Shown: positions 8,113 through 16,432 of the stretch, in pieces | Layout of the letters: every line of letters starts with the position of its first letter | Position numbering within the stretch: the first letter of the stretch is position 1 | Translations under genes and position numbers: made by a program | Notes under the pieces: model-generated | What the model was told of the DNA's origin: nothing | The model's input: the letters and a program-made list of their open reading frames with translations, nothing else | Databases searched by the model: none | From: a virus | Lineage: Duplodnaviria; Caudoviricetes | DNA: 61,544 bases | Virus record (IMG/VR): IMGVR_UViG_3300044998_000395 | Location: 1-61,544 of that record | Strand: one strand, 5' to 3'

Positions 8113-8689
8113 CGTCGAGCTCCTGCTGTCGCGCGAGGTACTTATCCACGACTTCCTCCGCGCGTTCGGAGGGCCAGCCGTCCTCGGCGTACATCACGAG
8201 GTCGATGTCGAACTCACGAGACTGGATGATGTCGACATACTTACGGTTGACGCCGAGGATCCCGTCGATCTTGTACATCTCCTCACGGTCCTTGTTCGCG
8301 AACTGGGTCTTGAGAAACTCGTCGGTCCTCGCGACGCAGACGACGGTGAACCCGCCGACTTGCCAGATCGCGGACTGGAGCAGCTTGAGCTCGATGTCGT
8401 TCATCCGCTCCTGCTCAAGGAACTGACGGCCGTAGGCCTGCCTGCTCATGTGAAAGCGGTCCTGCACGACGGCCCTGCGCACGTGCGGGAGGTAGTCCCA
8501 GTAGCGATCGAACGCGACGGGCAGCCGCGTGAAGTGCGAGTAGATGTGCGGGTAGCGCCGGCGGGCGAGCGCCTTCTGGCACTCGAGTGCGAGCGTGGTC
8601 TTACCCACCAAGTCCGGGCCCTCTATTATAAGGATGTTACACACTCCTTTATAAGCGCGATGAGTTCGTTCTTCCAACGCGTTTCCCAA
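8069..8689 (-). CDS. dNMP/thymidylate kinase-like P-loop kinase (true start probably near 8644)
   Basis: IIEGPDLVGKTT P-loop and VQDRF motif. Confidence 0.85.
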   Translation of the reverse strand: MGNALEERTHRAYKGVCNILIIEGPDLVGKTTLALECQKALARRRYPHIYSHFTRLPVAFDRYWDYLPHVRRAVVQDRFHMSRQAYGRQFLEQERMNDIELKLLQSAIWQVGGFTVVCVARTDEFLKTQFANKDREEMYKIDGILGVNRKYVDIIQSREFDIDLVMYAEDGWPSERAEEVVDKYLARQQELDDVLSRANRRTTASR

Positions 8690-8982
8690 ATGGCATCTCG
8701 CGTGCGCTTACTTCGCTTCTTGCCAGTTTGAGCGCGTGACATCTTCTGCTTCGTTTCTTCAGATACTTTTCGTCCAGTCATTGCTGTCCGTTGTCGTTCA
8801 CGTCGTTCTTTAGATTGAATGGCTGCGACTACGGCCGCACGGTGCTCGCTCGCTAGAGGCTTCTTACAGCCGCTCTTCATCAGACCGACGTGCTCTTTCC
8901 AACGAAGAGACGCCTCTTTGCTAGTTATACCTACGTAAGACTTACTGCTCGATTCACAGTGAATGACGTACACGAAGCCCAT
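8626..8982 (-). CDS. GIY-YIG homing endonuclease with NUMOD3-like repeats, probably degenerate
   Basis: FVY-x10-YVG...RW.EH and GRKVSEETKQKMSRAQTGKKRS. Visibly lower GC than the flanks. Confidence 0.7.
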   Translation of the reverse strand: MGFVYVIHCESSSKSYVGITSKEASLRWKEHVGLMKSGCKKPLASEHRAAVVAAIQSKERRERQRTAMTGRKVSEETKQKMSRAQTGKKRSKRTRDAIWETRWKNELIALIKECVTSL

Positions 8983-8985
8983 AAG

Positions 8986-9011
8986 CCGCGGCCTGAGCTC
9001 TCGCCCAGGCC
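8986..9011 (-). terminator. Stable hairpin, possible terminator
   Basis: GCGGCCTGGGC-GAGA-GCTCAGGCCGC just after the 9020 stop. Confidence 0.45.
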
Positions 9012-9019
9012 GCAGGCGG

Positions 9020-9625
9020 TTACTTGGAGTTGCGCGCCTTCAACCCGGACAGAACGTCCAAGGCGCGGGCGCGAACGACTTCGTCTTCGTCGTTGATGAG
9101 CCGTTCAACGAGAAGGAAGATCGCGTCACCGTAGACGAGATTGGCCTCGGCCATCACCGAGATCGCGGTAGCGCGGACTGCCGGCCGCTCGTCGTTGATG
9201 CAGTCCTTGATGAGCTGCTCGAGCCGACCGCGAACCTCGTTCGACAGCTTGGCCTCGAGCAGTCGGTCAGACGCGACAGCCAGCGCCCACCGCGCGACCT
9301 TCTCGGTTGACGCGATGGTGGCGCCCTCGAGGACGAAGGCCTGCTCCGGCGTGATGTCGCCGTAGTACTCCTTGCCCTCGAGGTGCCGGATGAAGGCCTT
9401 CTCGTCGTCCTTCAAGTCGGCGATGACACTGGTCCCGTCGCACTTGTTCTGACAGCCGACCGGGTCCGTGCAGCTCGTGTTACAGCAGTTGTAACACGCA
9501 CGGATGCCGACCTTGCCAGAACACGCCCGGGTGTAGCACTCGGCCCCGGTCTCACCAAGGGCCACGCACGCCACAGCGCCGAGCACGATCCCAACCGCGA
9601 ACAGCAACGATGCGTACTTGCGCAT
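9020..9625 (-). CDS. Secreted or membrane protein with Cys-rich domain and HEAT-like repeats
   Basis: Hydrophobic N-terminus, CYTRAC...CYNCCNTSC....CQNKC, and DERPAVRATA / DEDEVVRARALDVL repeats. Confidence 0.65.
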   Translation of the reverse strand: MRKYASLLFAVGIVLGAVACVALGETGAECYTRACSGKVGIRACYNCCNTSCTDPVGCQNKCDGTSVIADLKDDEKAFIRHLEGKEYYGDITPEQAFVLEGATIASTEKVARWALAVASDRLLEAKLSNEVRGRLEQLIKDCINDERPAVRATAISVMAEANLVYGDAIFLLVERLINDEDEVVRARALDVLSGLKARNSK

Positions 9626-9653
9626 ACGCCGCTCCTTCCTGCGGCCGAAGCCG

Positions 9654-10607
9654 CTACAAGAGGTTGCGCAGAAGATCGGTGGACGGATCCACCGCGAGAG
9701 TTGGCTGCCACTTCTTGCAGCACACGGTCAGCAGCTCCTGCGCGAGGCCACCGACCCTCCCAACGTCTTGCGCGCTCACGTCAGCCGTAGTCCGTGACCG
9801 CATCTCGAGTTGTATCGCCGCGGCGAGGTTGCCCTCGCTCGACGGGTTGAACGCGTATGAGCCCATGCCGTTCGTGTCACGTGCCTCGATGACCTTGTCC
9901 TTGTTGCGGTCGTACACGTGCATCGACCCAGCGACGTGCGTGTAGGTGCCGGGCTCGACGCCGAGCCGCAACGCAACGATGCGCTGGAACGTCGTGAAGG
10001 CGAACACGTCGTACGGCGTACCGAGCCACAAGTCGTTGCTGCGCATCGTCACCACGGAGTGCAGCTTGTCGTTGCGAAGCAGGAACTGGATCGCGACGGT
10101 ACACGGGATGTCGTTGATCTCGCCGGTCTGCCCGTGGACGAGATCGCCATGGTCCCACATGCCGACGAGGCACTGGCGCGTGTTGGGCGACTTCTTGATC
10201 ATTGCCACCGCGGCGTCGAGCTGCGACGGGAACTCGAGCCCGGTCGTCGCCTTCGCTAGAAGGAAGGCAGGCGAGTCCACCCACCGCTTGCCGTAGGCGC
10301 CGTGCGCGCGGTTCGTGCCGGGCTGGGCGAAGCGACGGTATTGCGGAGCGTAGGCCTCGACGACTCGCACGTCGTCGCTGCCGCTCAGGTACCACAGCGT
10401 CTCGGCCGCCGCGTACACGAGCGAGGCCTTGCGCACTGACGCGAGGCAGTGGTCGATGTTGCTCAGGCGGAAGCCGAAGCCGGTGAGCTCCGTACAACCG
10501 CCGTCACGCGACTCGAGCCGGCTGCCGTGCTTGAAGATGTCGTGAGCGATGCCAACCCACGCCTCGTTCATGGTGTCATACGTGATCATGAGACCTCGCA
10601 TCAGCAC
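9654..10607 (-). CDS. Thymidylate synthase-family enzyme of dCMP-modifying type (dCMP hydroxymethylase-like)
   Basis: ETLWYLSG, catalytic DIPCT, and RSNDLWLGTPYD with Asp at the specificity position (as in T4 gp42) rather than Asn. Also GSMHVY. Confidence 0.85.
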   Translation of the reverse strand: MLMRGLMITYDTMNEAWVGIAHDIFKHGSRLESRDGGCTELTGFGFRLSNIDHCLASVRKASLVYAAAETLWYLSGSDDVRVVEAYAPQYRRFAQPGTNRAHGAYGKRWVDSPAFLLAKATTGLEFPSQLDAAVAMIKKSPNTRQCLVGMWDHGDLVHGQTGEINDIPCTVAIQFLLRNDKLHSVVTMRSNDLWLGTPYDVFAFTTFQRIVALRLGVEPGTYTHVAGSMHVYDRNKDKVIEARDTNGMGSYAFNPSSEGNLAAAIQLEMRSRTTADVSAQDVGRVGGLAQELLTVCCKKWQPTLAVDPSTDLLRNLL

Positions 10608-10824
10608 AGGAAGCGAGTTCGTACACGCGCTCGTCTCCTGGGAAGAATGACTCGGTGCGAACGTAGTAAGATCCCTTGTACGAAAGGATCTTCCAGTCGT
10701 GGTTGCTCGTCATAGGGCCGTGAAGCTTGTCGTACAGTGCCTCTGGCGGCAGGGCCTTGAACCCGTCCTGCCTACGACCTGGCGGCATCTCACGCTTACG
10801 ACAGAGGATGATCTTCTCGATCAT
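10576..10824 (-). CDS. Hypothetical protein
   Basis: ATGA-coupled 82-aa ORF. Confidence 0.55.
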   Translation of the reverse strand: MIEKIILCRKREMPPGRRQDGFKALPPEALYDKLHGPMTSNHDWKILSYKGSYYVRTESFFPGDERVYELASCADARSHDHV

Positions 10825-12002
10825 GCTGGCTTCTCCGGACAGTAGTCGGTCATGAGGAAAGACTTCTCGACCTTGCCGTGCGAGTCGTCACCGTGCCACT
10901 GGCCAGTGGACTTGTAGTACGACGACTCCCAGTCCTCGCCACCCCACGAGTCCTCGAGGTACAGCTTTGCCTGCTCCGCGAGCCACGTGCCGACGGCCGG
11001 CACAATGCCCTTGCCGATCTGACCGATGGGCATCTCACCAAGAGGAGTGACGCCTTCTGGCCAGCCCATGAGCAACGACAGCTCTCGCAGCGTGAGCGTA
11101 CGGTCAAGTGTAGGGTGAACGAACCGGCCGGCCGAGCTGCTGATCACCGGCATGAACCCGTCACCGCGCACACGCATCAGCGAGTGCATTGAGAAGGGCA
11201 TGTCGGACGACCGCTCCCGCCACGTGCGGGCGTACTTTGCTGACACCCGCTCGAGCACGTCGTACTTCTCGCGAGCGAATCGGTTGAGGTCCCATCCTTG
11301 CGGCAGGTGCGGCATGACCCGCCACTCGTCGTCCGTCTTGTCGTTCGCGTGGTCCGGCCCGTAGATCGACTTCTTGCCGAACCGCGAGAACTGCACGTCG
11401 GTCTTGAGCAGGTCGTCACGGAAGAGAACGTCCCCGCAGGTCGCGTGCCGCTCGAGCAACGGCGGTGGCTTGATGTTGAACGGCTTATCCGCCTTGTAGG
11501 CCATGAAGAAATAGCGCTTGCGGTGCTGCGGGTTGCCGAACGACGCCGCGTTGAGCATGAGGTGCGCGATGCGGTAGCCGTTCGGCACGAAGATCTTGTC
11601 ACGCAGGTAGTCGAGCAGCTCGCGACCGACGGTCATCGCCTGCTGAACCGATTCCCAGCACACGAGCTGGTAGCCGTGCTTCACGCCGTAGTGGCATAGA
11701 TCGTGGATGTCACGGGTAGGCGCAGACCACGCCCCGTGAACGGCCTCGTCGTGTCCAGCGGTCGTGCAGCTGAAGCCCGTGCACCGCGGGTTACCGAACA
11801 GCATCACGGCGCCGGGCGATGGCGACGGCCAGTCCTCCCAGGTGTTACCCACGATGAAGTCGATGCCCGCCGCCTTGACGGTCTTTTCGCCGAGGCCGTG
11901 GATCTCGAGCTGTCTTGGTACGTCCATCACCTCGCGCACACCGAAGGAGAACCCGCCGGCGAACACGTGGCAGCCGTCAGCGACGAATCTTGGCATCTTC
12001 AA
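10821..12002 (-). CDS. Divergent DNA cytosine-C5 methyltransferase-like protein
   Basis: Motif I-like VFAGGF, IV GNPRCTGFS, VI WESV, VIII PQHRKRYF, IX RTLTLRELSLLMGWP, X QIGKGI. Confidence 0.8.
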   Translation of the reverse strand: MKMPRFVADGCHVFAGGFSFGVREVMDVPRQLEIHGLGEKTVKAAGIDFIVGNTWEDWPSPSPGAVMLFGNPRCTGFSCTTAGHDEAVHGAWSAPTRDIHDLCHYGVKHGYQLVCWESVQQAMTVGRELLDYLRDKIFVPNGYRIAHLMLNAASFGNPQHRKRYFFMAYKADKPFNIKPPPLLERHATCGDVLFRDDLLKTDVQFSRFGKKSIYGPDHANDKTDDEWRVMPHLPQGWDLNRFAREKYDVLERVSAKYARTWRERSSDMPFSMHSLMRVRGDGFMPVISSSAGRFVHPTLDRTLTLRELSLLMGWPEGVTPLGEMPIGQIGKGIVPAVGTWLAEQAKLYLEDSWGGEDWESSYYKSTGQWHGDDSHGKVEKSFLMTDYCPEKPA

Positions 12003-12471
12003 GTACCTTCTTCAAGTTCGGCGGCTGATACGACGCGCCCTTGTTCCGGAGGCGAGGGTCGTCAACGCCGGGCGTGCGGACCGCCTTGGTCATGTTGCTG
12101 CGGTGGATCTCTTCGCCTACCTCGTCGAGCGGGATGCCGAACGCGACCGCCGCACCGTGCACGACGTAGTCAAGGTCGCCGAGGCCGTCGGCCAACTTCA
12201 CCTCATCGCCCTCGGCGAGGGCATGCATGACTTCGGCCGCCTCCTCGAGGATCAAGTGAGCCCGCATCAGCCGGCTGTTGAACGGTAAGTCTTTACCGCC
12301 CGCGTTGATCGTGCCCTTGGCCAGCTTCACGGACAGGCTGTGCAGGATCTTGCCCGCGAGCTCGAGTTCGTACGACGCAGCGTCGCACTTACAATCATCG
12401 ACCGCGAGGTCGCGATCGAAGCCATGCTTGTCATGGAACTCACGAACCAGCTGGGTCATCGTCTTCTGCAT
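11977..12471 (-). CDS. MazG-like all-alpha NTP pyrophosphohydrolase (dUTPase/dCTPase candidate)
   Basis: LILEEAAE...ADGLGDLDYVVHG...EIHRSNMTK. Confidence 0.85.
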   Translation of the reverse strand: MQKTMTQLVREFHDKHGFDRDLAVDDCKCDAASYELELAGKILHSLSVKLAKGTINAGGKDLPFNSRLMRAHLILEEAAEVMHALAEGDEVKLADGLGDLDYVVHGAAVAFGIPLDEVGEEIHRSNMTKAVRTPGVDDPRLRNKGASYQPPNLKKVLEDAKIRR

Positions 12472-13420
12472 ACTCAGGATCTCCTTTGATGTTCGACTGC
12501 ACGTCTTTCATGATCACGGCGATCTCGCCGTCAGCGAACCGGTTGCACCGCATGCGGAAGATGTGGTTCCACTGGGCGAGCGACGCGGAGAAGATCATCT
12601 GCGTCTCGAGGCCCATTGGGAGCATCAGCCGCGCAGCGCCGCGGGCCTGCTTGCGAGCGAAGTCCAGTGTCTCCTTCTTCTCATCGACGAGCCAGGTCTC
12701 GAGCTTCTTGACGATCAAGTCGTAGGCGGATTGGCAGCCGCCCTTCACGCCGTCGATGTACTCCTCGAACTCGAAGTCGTGCTCGTCGAAGTACTCGCGA
12801 AGCAGCGGGTGATCGAGGATCGGCGATGACGACTCATCAACGTACCGCGTGCTTCGCTGGCTGATGGCTGACCAGTCGCCGTGCCTGACCTGCTCATGCG
12901 ACCAACCGCGGGAGCCGCTGATCCACGCGCTGACCCAGACCTCGTTGACGTTCGCAGGCTTGACGAGCCGGCATGTCGTGTCGGACGTCAGCACAAGCGG
13001 CACGACCTGCGGCGCGAGGTTGTAAGCCTCCTGGGCGATGAGCGTGTACAGCGGGCAGGCCGTGTCCCACTCGAGCACGTGCCGGAGGTTGAGCACCATG
13101 CGAACCTTGCCGCGCGGCCTGTGCAGCCACAGCGCCGGCTTGTTCCAGCACAGCTCTGACCACTGCGGCTTCCACGTGTTGAACTCGAGCACGAACGTGC
13201 AGTGCTCGTACACGCTGAGGTGTCCGACTTCCTTGACGTGCTTGTGCCAATCGGCCGAAGACCGGCCCGTGCCAAGCGAATCGTAACACACGCGGCCTGC
13301 GACCTCGGCCAGTAGCTCGAGCGGAGTACCGACGAGCTGGCCCGGCTTGGGCTGGCCCATGGCCTTCGGAACGTTGAAGAAGTCAGGCATCGCTGTGTTG
13401 TATACTGTCTCAGAACTCAT
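12440..13420 (-). CDS. thyX: FAD-dependent thymidylate synthase
   Basis: AGRVCY, GHLSVYEH, SRGWSHEQVRH...SQRSTRY, ARLMLP. Confidence 0.9.
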   Translation of the reverse strand: MSSETVYNTAMPDFFNVPKAMGQPKPGQLVGTPLELLAEVAGRVCYDSLGTGRSSADWHKHVKEVGHLSVYEHCTFVLEFNTWKPQWSELCWNKPALWLHRPRGKVRMVLNLRHVLEWDTACPLYTLIAQEAYNLAPQVVPLVLTSDTTCRLVKPANVNEVWVSAWISGSRGWSHEQVRHGDWSAISQRSTRYVDESSSPILDHPLLREYFDEHDFEFEEYIDGVKGGCQSAYDLIVKKLETWLVDEKKETLDFARKQARGAARLMLPMGLETQMIFSASLAQWNHIFRMRCNRFADGEIAVIMKDVQSNIKGDPEYAEDDDPAGS

Positions 13421-16337
13421 GCTTGGGTTCCTTCAGGAAGTCGGGACGGGTAACACGCTTCATGTCGTCGCTCTCCTTGAGCTTACGCAGGAGCGTGATA
13501 AACTCGGGGTTCTTACGATACGACCGGCCGTCACGGATCAGCGCGTGCTTACGAACGAGGAAGGACAGGAGGTCAGTCGCCTCCTGCTTGTCCCACCCGG
13601 TCCAGTCGCACATGTCACGGAGCTCGATCTCGTCGGTGTGCAGGACTTGATCAACGAAGTCGCCCGGGAACGGGGTCGTCAGCACGCGCTTGCCGATCTG
13701 CTCACCGTCGTTCAGCTGCCGGGTCTTGGCATACGCTTGTGAGAAGTCGAGGTAGCCGACGGTGCGTGAAGAGTATACCCGGTCCAGAGTCTTTGCGATG
13801 TAGCGCACGTGACACTCGCGAACCAGCACGTCCTGCGGCGTGGTGCCGAAGGAAGCCGTCCTGCAGGCGAGGGCTGCCGCTAGCCGGGCGATCTTGAACC
13901 GCGTGCTGCCGCGGTCGAGTACCGGGATGGCGTCCACGTATCGACTGCACAGCTCGTTCGTTACCTCGAGGACGGCTGCTTGCGCATCCGGGTCGAACCG
14001 GACTTGCTCCTCCGTGCGAGTCCACGCCCAGAGCACGCAGCGCTTGCAGAGCTCGGCCGTGTACGTATGCTCGACGACCGGGCGGGACGCCGTGAGCATG
14101 TTGAGCCGTGAGGAATCAACCTCTTGAGCCGATACGACAAGGACCGCATCGAATCGACGCAGGTCTTCCGGTCCACCAATGAGCTCCCGGACCGCCTCGA
14201 TGCCATAGGAGTACGCAGCCACTGGTTGATCGCTACGAGGATTTGACAGTGCAAGCAGACGGGTACGGGCGTGCGTGCGGCGCTTCTCGATCTTGTCGAT
14301 CTCGGCGATGCCTGAAGACCGCATGTCCGTGAGCTTGCTGATCGTCTCGACTGGCGCACCCTTGAGCTCCTCGAGGACGACGAGGCGACGGTCGTGCCGC
14401 GGGATAACGCCCCACGTGACCATCCACCTCGCGCCCAGCTGCTGCAACCCGCCGAGCAAGCCGGCGGCCGACGCGTTCTTAACCTCGACCTTCTCACCAA
14501 GGCCGTAGTGCTCCATCATACGTCGCGTCGTTTCCGACTTGCCCTGCGCCGAGTCGCCTACGATGAGTACCTCGCTCCAGCCCTTCTCGACTCGACCATC
14601 GAACGTGATCAGCAGCGGGCTGTGATACACGAGGTCGACGAAGAGGTGTAGGTCAGGTCGATCGAAGATGCGCGTGACGTTGGCAGCGAAGTCGCTGTAC
14701 ACAGACGCGAGCTTCGCGTCGATACCGTCCACCGTCCACTCCGACGGGCGGAAGACCTCGAGCTCCTCGAGCTCGTCGTCGGTCGGCTTGTAGGTGTTGA
14801 GTGCGTCCTCGGCCGGCTCAGCCTCGCTGATCAGGAGGATGGCTTGCTGGTTACGAGGGTGCGGGAACAGTCGCCCTGTGAACTTGTAGGCGACGTTCAT
14901 CTCAAGACCGTGACTGACGGTCAGCGCCGGGATCATCACGCTGTCTGACGAGCGGCTGCCGATCTCGAGCTGCGGACTGATCCGAACGTCCTCGACGTTG
15001 TAGTGCGTCTTGACGTGGAACTGCGCGCTCTTGCACGGCGGGATCTTGAGGCCTTCCCGGATCGAGTCGCGCTTGGTCTTCTTGCCCGTGTTGACGAGGT
15101 CAAGGATCGCGGGCGACTCGGCGCTGATGGTCAGCTGCACGAGGTCGTCGCTTGCGTCGTGAACGAAGACTGGGCAGTTCACGCAGAACGGCTGGTTCCG
15201 GTCGCACTCGACCGCGACGTCCTTCGGGATGATGTACGGCGTCGTGTCCATCGCCGTGATGATGGCCTTCGTACACACGCGTCGCCGCGTGTACTCGGCC
15301 TTCGTCGACTCGGCGAGATGGACGTCAGTCAACTCGGCCGGCTCGTCCTGCGAAGCGCCTTGCTTAGGCACCCACACCTTAGCCCGCTCGAGCAACGCGA
15401 CGAAGTCAGGCCCAGTCTTGTTCTCTTGACCGAAGTAATCGTTGACGTCGCCGTGCGGGTACTTGTCCGAAGACAAGTCCTTGCACAGCTCGGCCGTCGC
15501 GTCGTACACGGCGTCAGCGTAGTTCTTGAGCCGCGCGGCTACCTTACCGGTGCCAACGATACCGCCTTCGTCGATGTCGTAGCAGACCCAGACCTTCTTA
15601 CCGCGGAACCGCGGGCTGAACTCGGCTTCCCAGTTGTCCTCGCCGCCGCACTGCGTCATAGCGCCCCAGCCGAGCTGGTTCAAGCGCTGCATGACGGCCG
15701 CTGCCTTCATCTCGCCGCCGAGCAAGACGATCTTATCGAACTTGAGCTGGTCGATCGGGTAGAGTCGGTTGCGCCCGCACCCGCGCGTGTTGCGCATCTT
15801 CTCCTTGCCCGGTGCGCCCGGCTTGTACCGCCGGACATTCACGACGTGACCGTGCTCGTTGTAGACCGGGATCGTGATCCGGTTGTTCTCGTCAACGCCG
15901 AGCCGCAGCTTGCGGATCGTCTCGTCGCTGATGCCGCGGTCGTACAGCTCACGCTTGAGCGGACCGGCGTCCCAGATCTTCTCATGGTACTTCTCGACCA
16001 CGGTCGGGTCGATCGTGCCGCCAGACTCGACACCGTACTCCTTACGGATGTACTCGATGATCGTCTTGCGGTTGGTCTTCGTCGCGATGGCAATGAAGCT
16101 GATGAAGTCGCCTGACTCGCCGCAGCCGGCGGCCATGCACTTCCAGACTTTCTTCTTGACGTTGATGCCGCAAGAAGGCGTCTTGTCAGCGTGTGCTGGG
16201 CAGCAGCACTTGACCTCCTCGTCGCCAGCGAACTCGTACTTCCAGCCCATGCGGTCGAGCTCGGCCAGTACGTTGATCGCCTGGAGTTCTGCGTAGATGT
16301 CGTTACTGCGTTCTGTCATGGTTCCGTCAATGAACAA
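13410..16337 (-). CDS. Primase-helicase fusion (CHC2 Zn finger + TOPRIM + MCM-like AAA+ helicase)
   Basis: CPAH.DKTPSC...WKC..AGC, TOPRIM CYDIDEGG, Walker A GDSAQGKS, SAAGLLG, Walker B VVLEE, ALSNP, Arg finger LRRFD. Confidence 0.85.
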   Translation of the reverse strand: MFIDGTMTERSNDIYAELQAINVLAELDRMGWKYEFAGDEEVKCCCPAHADKTPSCGINVKKKVWKCMAAGCGESGDFISFIAIATKTNRKTIIEYIRKEYGVESGGTIDPTVVEKYHEKIWDAGPLKRELYDRGISDETIRKLRLGVDENNRITIPVYNEHGHVVNVRRYKPGAPGKEKMRNTRGCGRNRLYPIDQLKFDKIVLLGGEMKAAAVMQRLNQLGWGAMTQCGGEDNWEAEFSPRFRGKKVWVCYDIDEGGIVGTGKVAARLKNYADAVYDATAELCKDLSSDKYPHGDVNDYFGQENKTGPDFVALLERAKVWVPKQGASQDEPAELTDVHLAESTKAEYTRRRVCTKAIITAMDTTPYIIPKDVAVECDRNQPFCVNCPVFVHDASDDLVQLTISAESPAILDLVNTGKKTKRDSIREGLKIPPCKSAQFHVKTHYNVEDVRISPQLEIGSRSSDSVMIPALTVSHGLEMNVAYKFTGRLFPHPRNQQAILLISEAEPAEDALNTYKPTDDELEELEVFRPSEWTVDGIDAKLASVYSDFAANVTRIFDRPDLHLFVDLVYHSPLLITFDGRVEKGWSEVLIVGDSAQGKSETTRRMMEHYGLGEKVEVKNASAAGLLGGLQQLGARWMVTWGVIPRHDRRLVVLEELKGAPVETISKLTDMRSSGIAEIDKIEKRRTHARTRLLALSNPRSDQPVAAYSYGIEAVRELIGGPEDLRRFDAVLVVSAQEVDSSRLNMLTASRPVVEHTYTAELCKRCVLWAWTRTEEQVRFDPDAQAAVLEVTNELCSRYVDAIPVLDRGSTRFKIARLAAALACRTASFGTTPQDVLVRECHVRYIAKTLDRVYSSRTVGYLDFSQAYAKTRQLNDGEQIGKRVLTTPFPGDFVDQVLHTDEIELRDMCDWTGWDKQEATDLLSFLVRKHALIRDGRSYRKNPEFITLLRKLKESDDMKRVTRPDFLKEPKHEF

Positions 16338-16432
16338 GGCCCCGGTCCGAAGACCGAGGCCCTGTGCACAACCGTGCCATCACCGCTGACCCGTATTTCG
16401 CCAGCACGGTGTACCCGAGCGGTTCAGCTCGG

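Noticed and set aside
9654-10607. Canonical ThyA or dUMP hydroxymethylase (hmdU pathway)
   Set aside because: The specificity residue is Asp, not Asn. ThyX is present, and I saw no hmdU DNA kinase or aGPT-like genes
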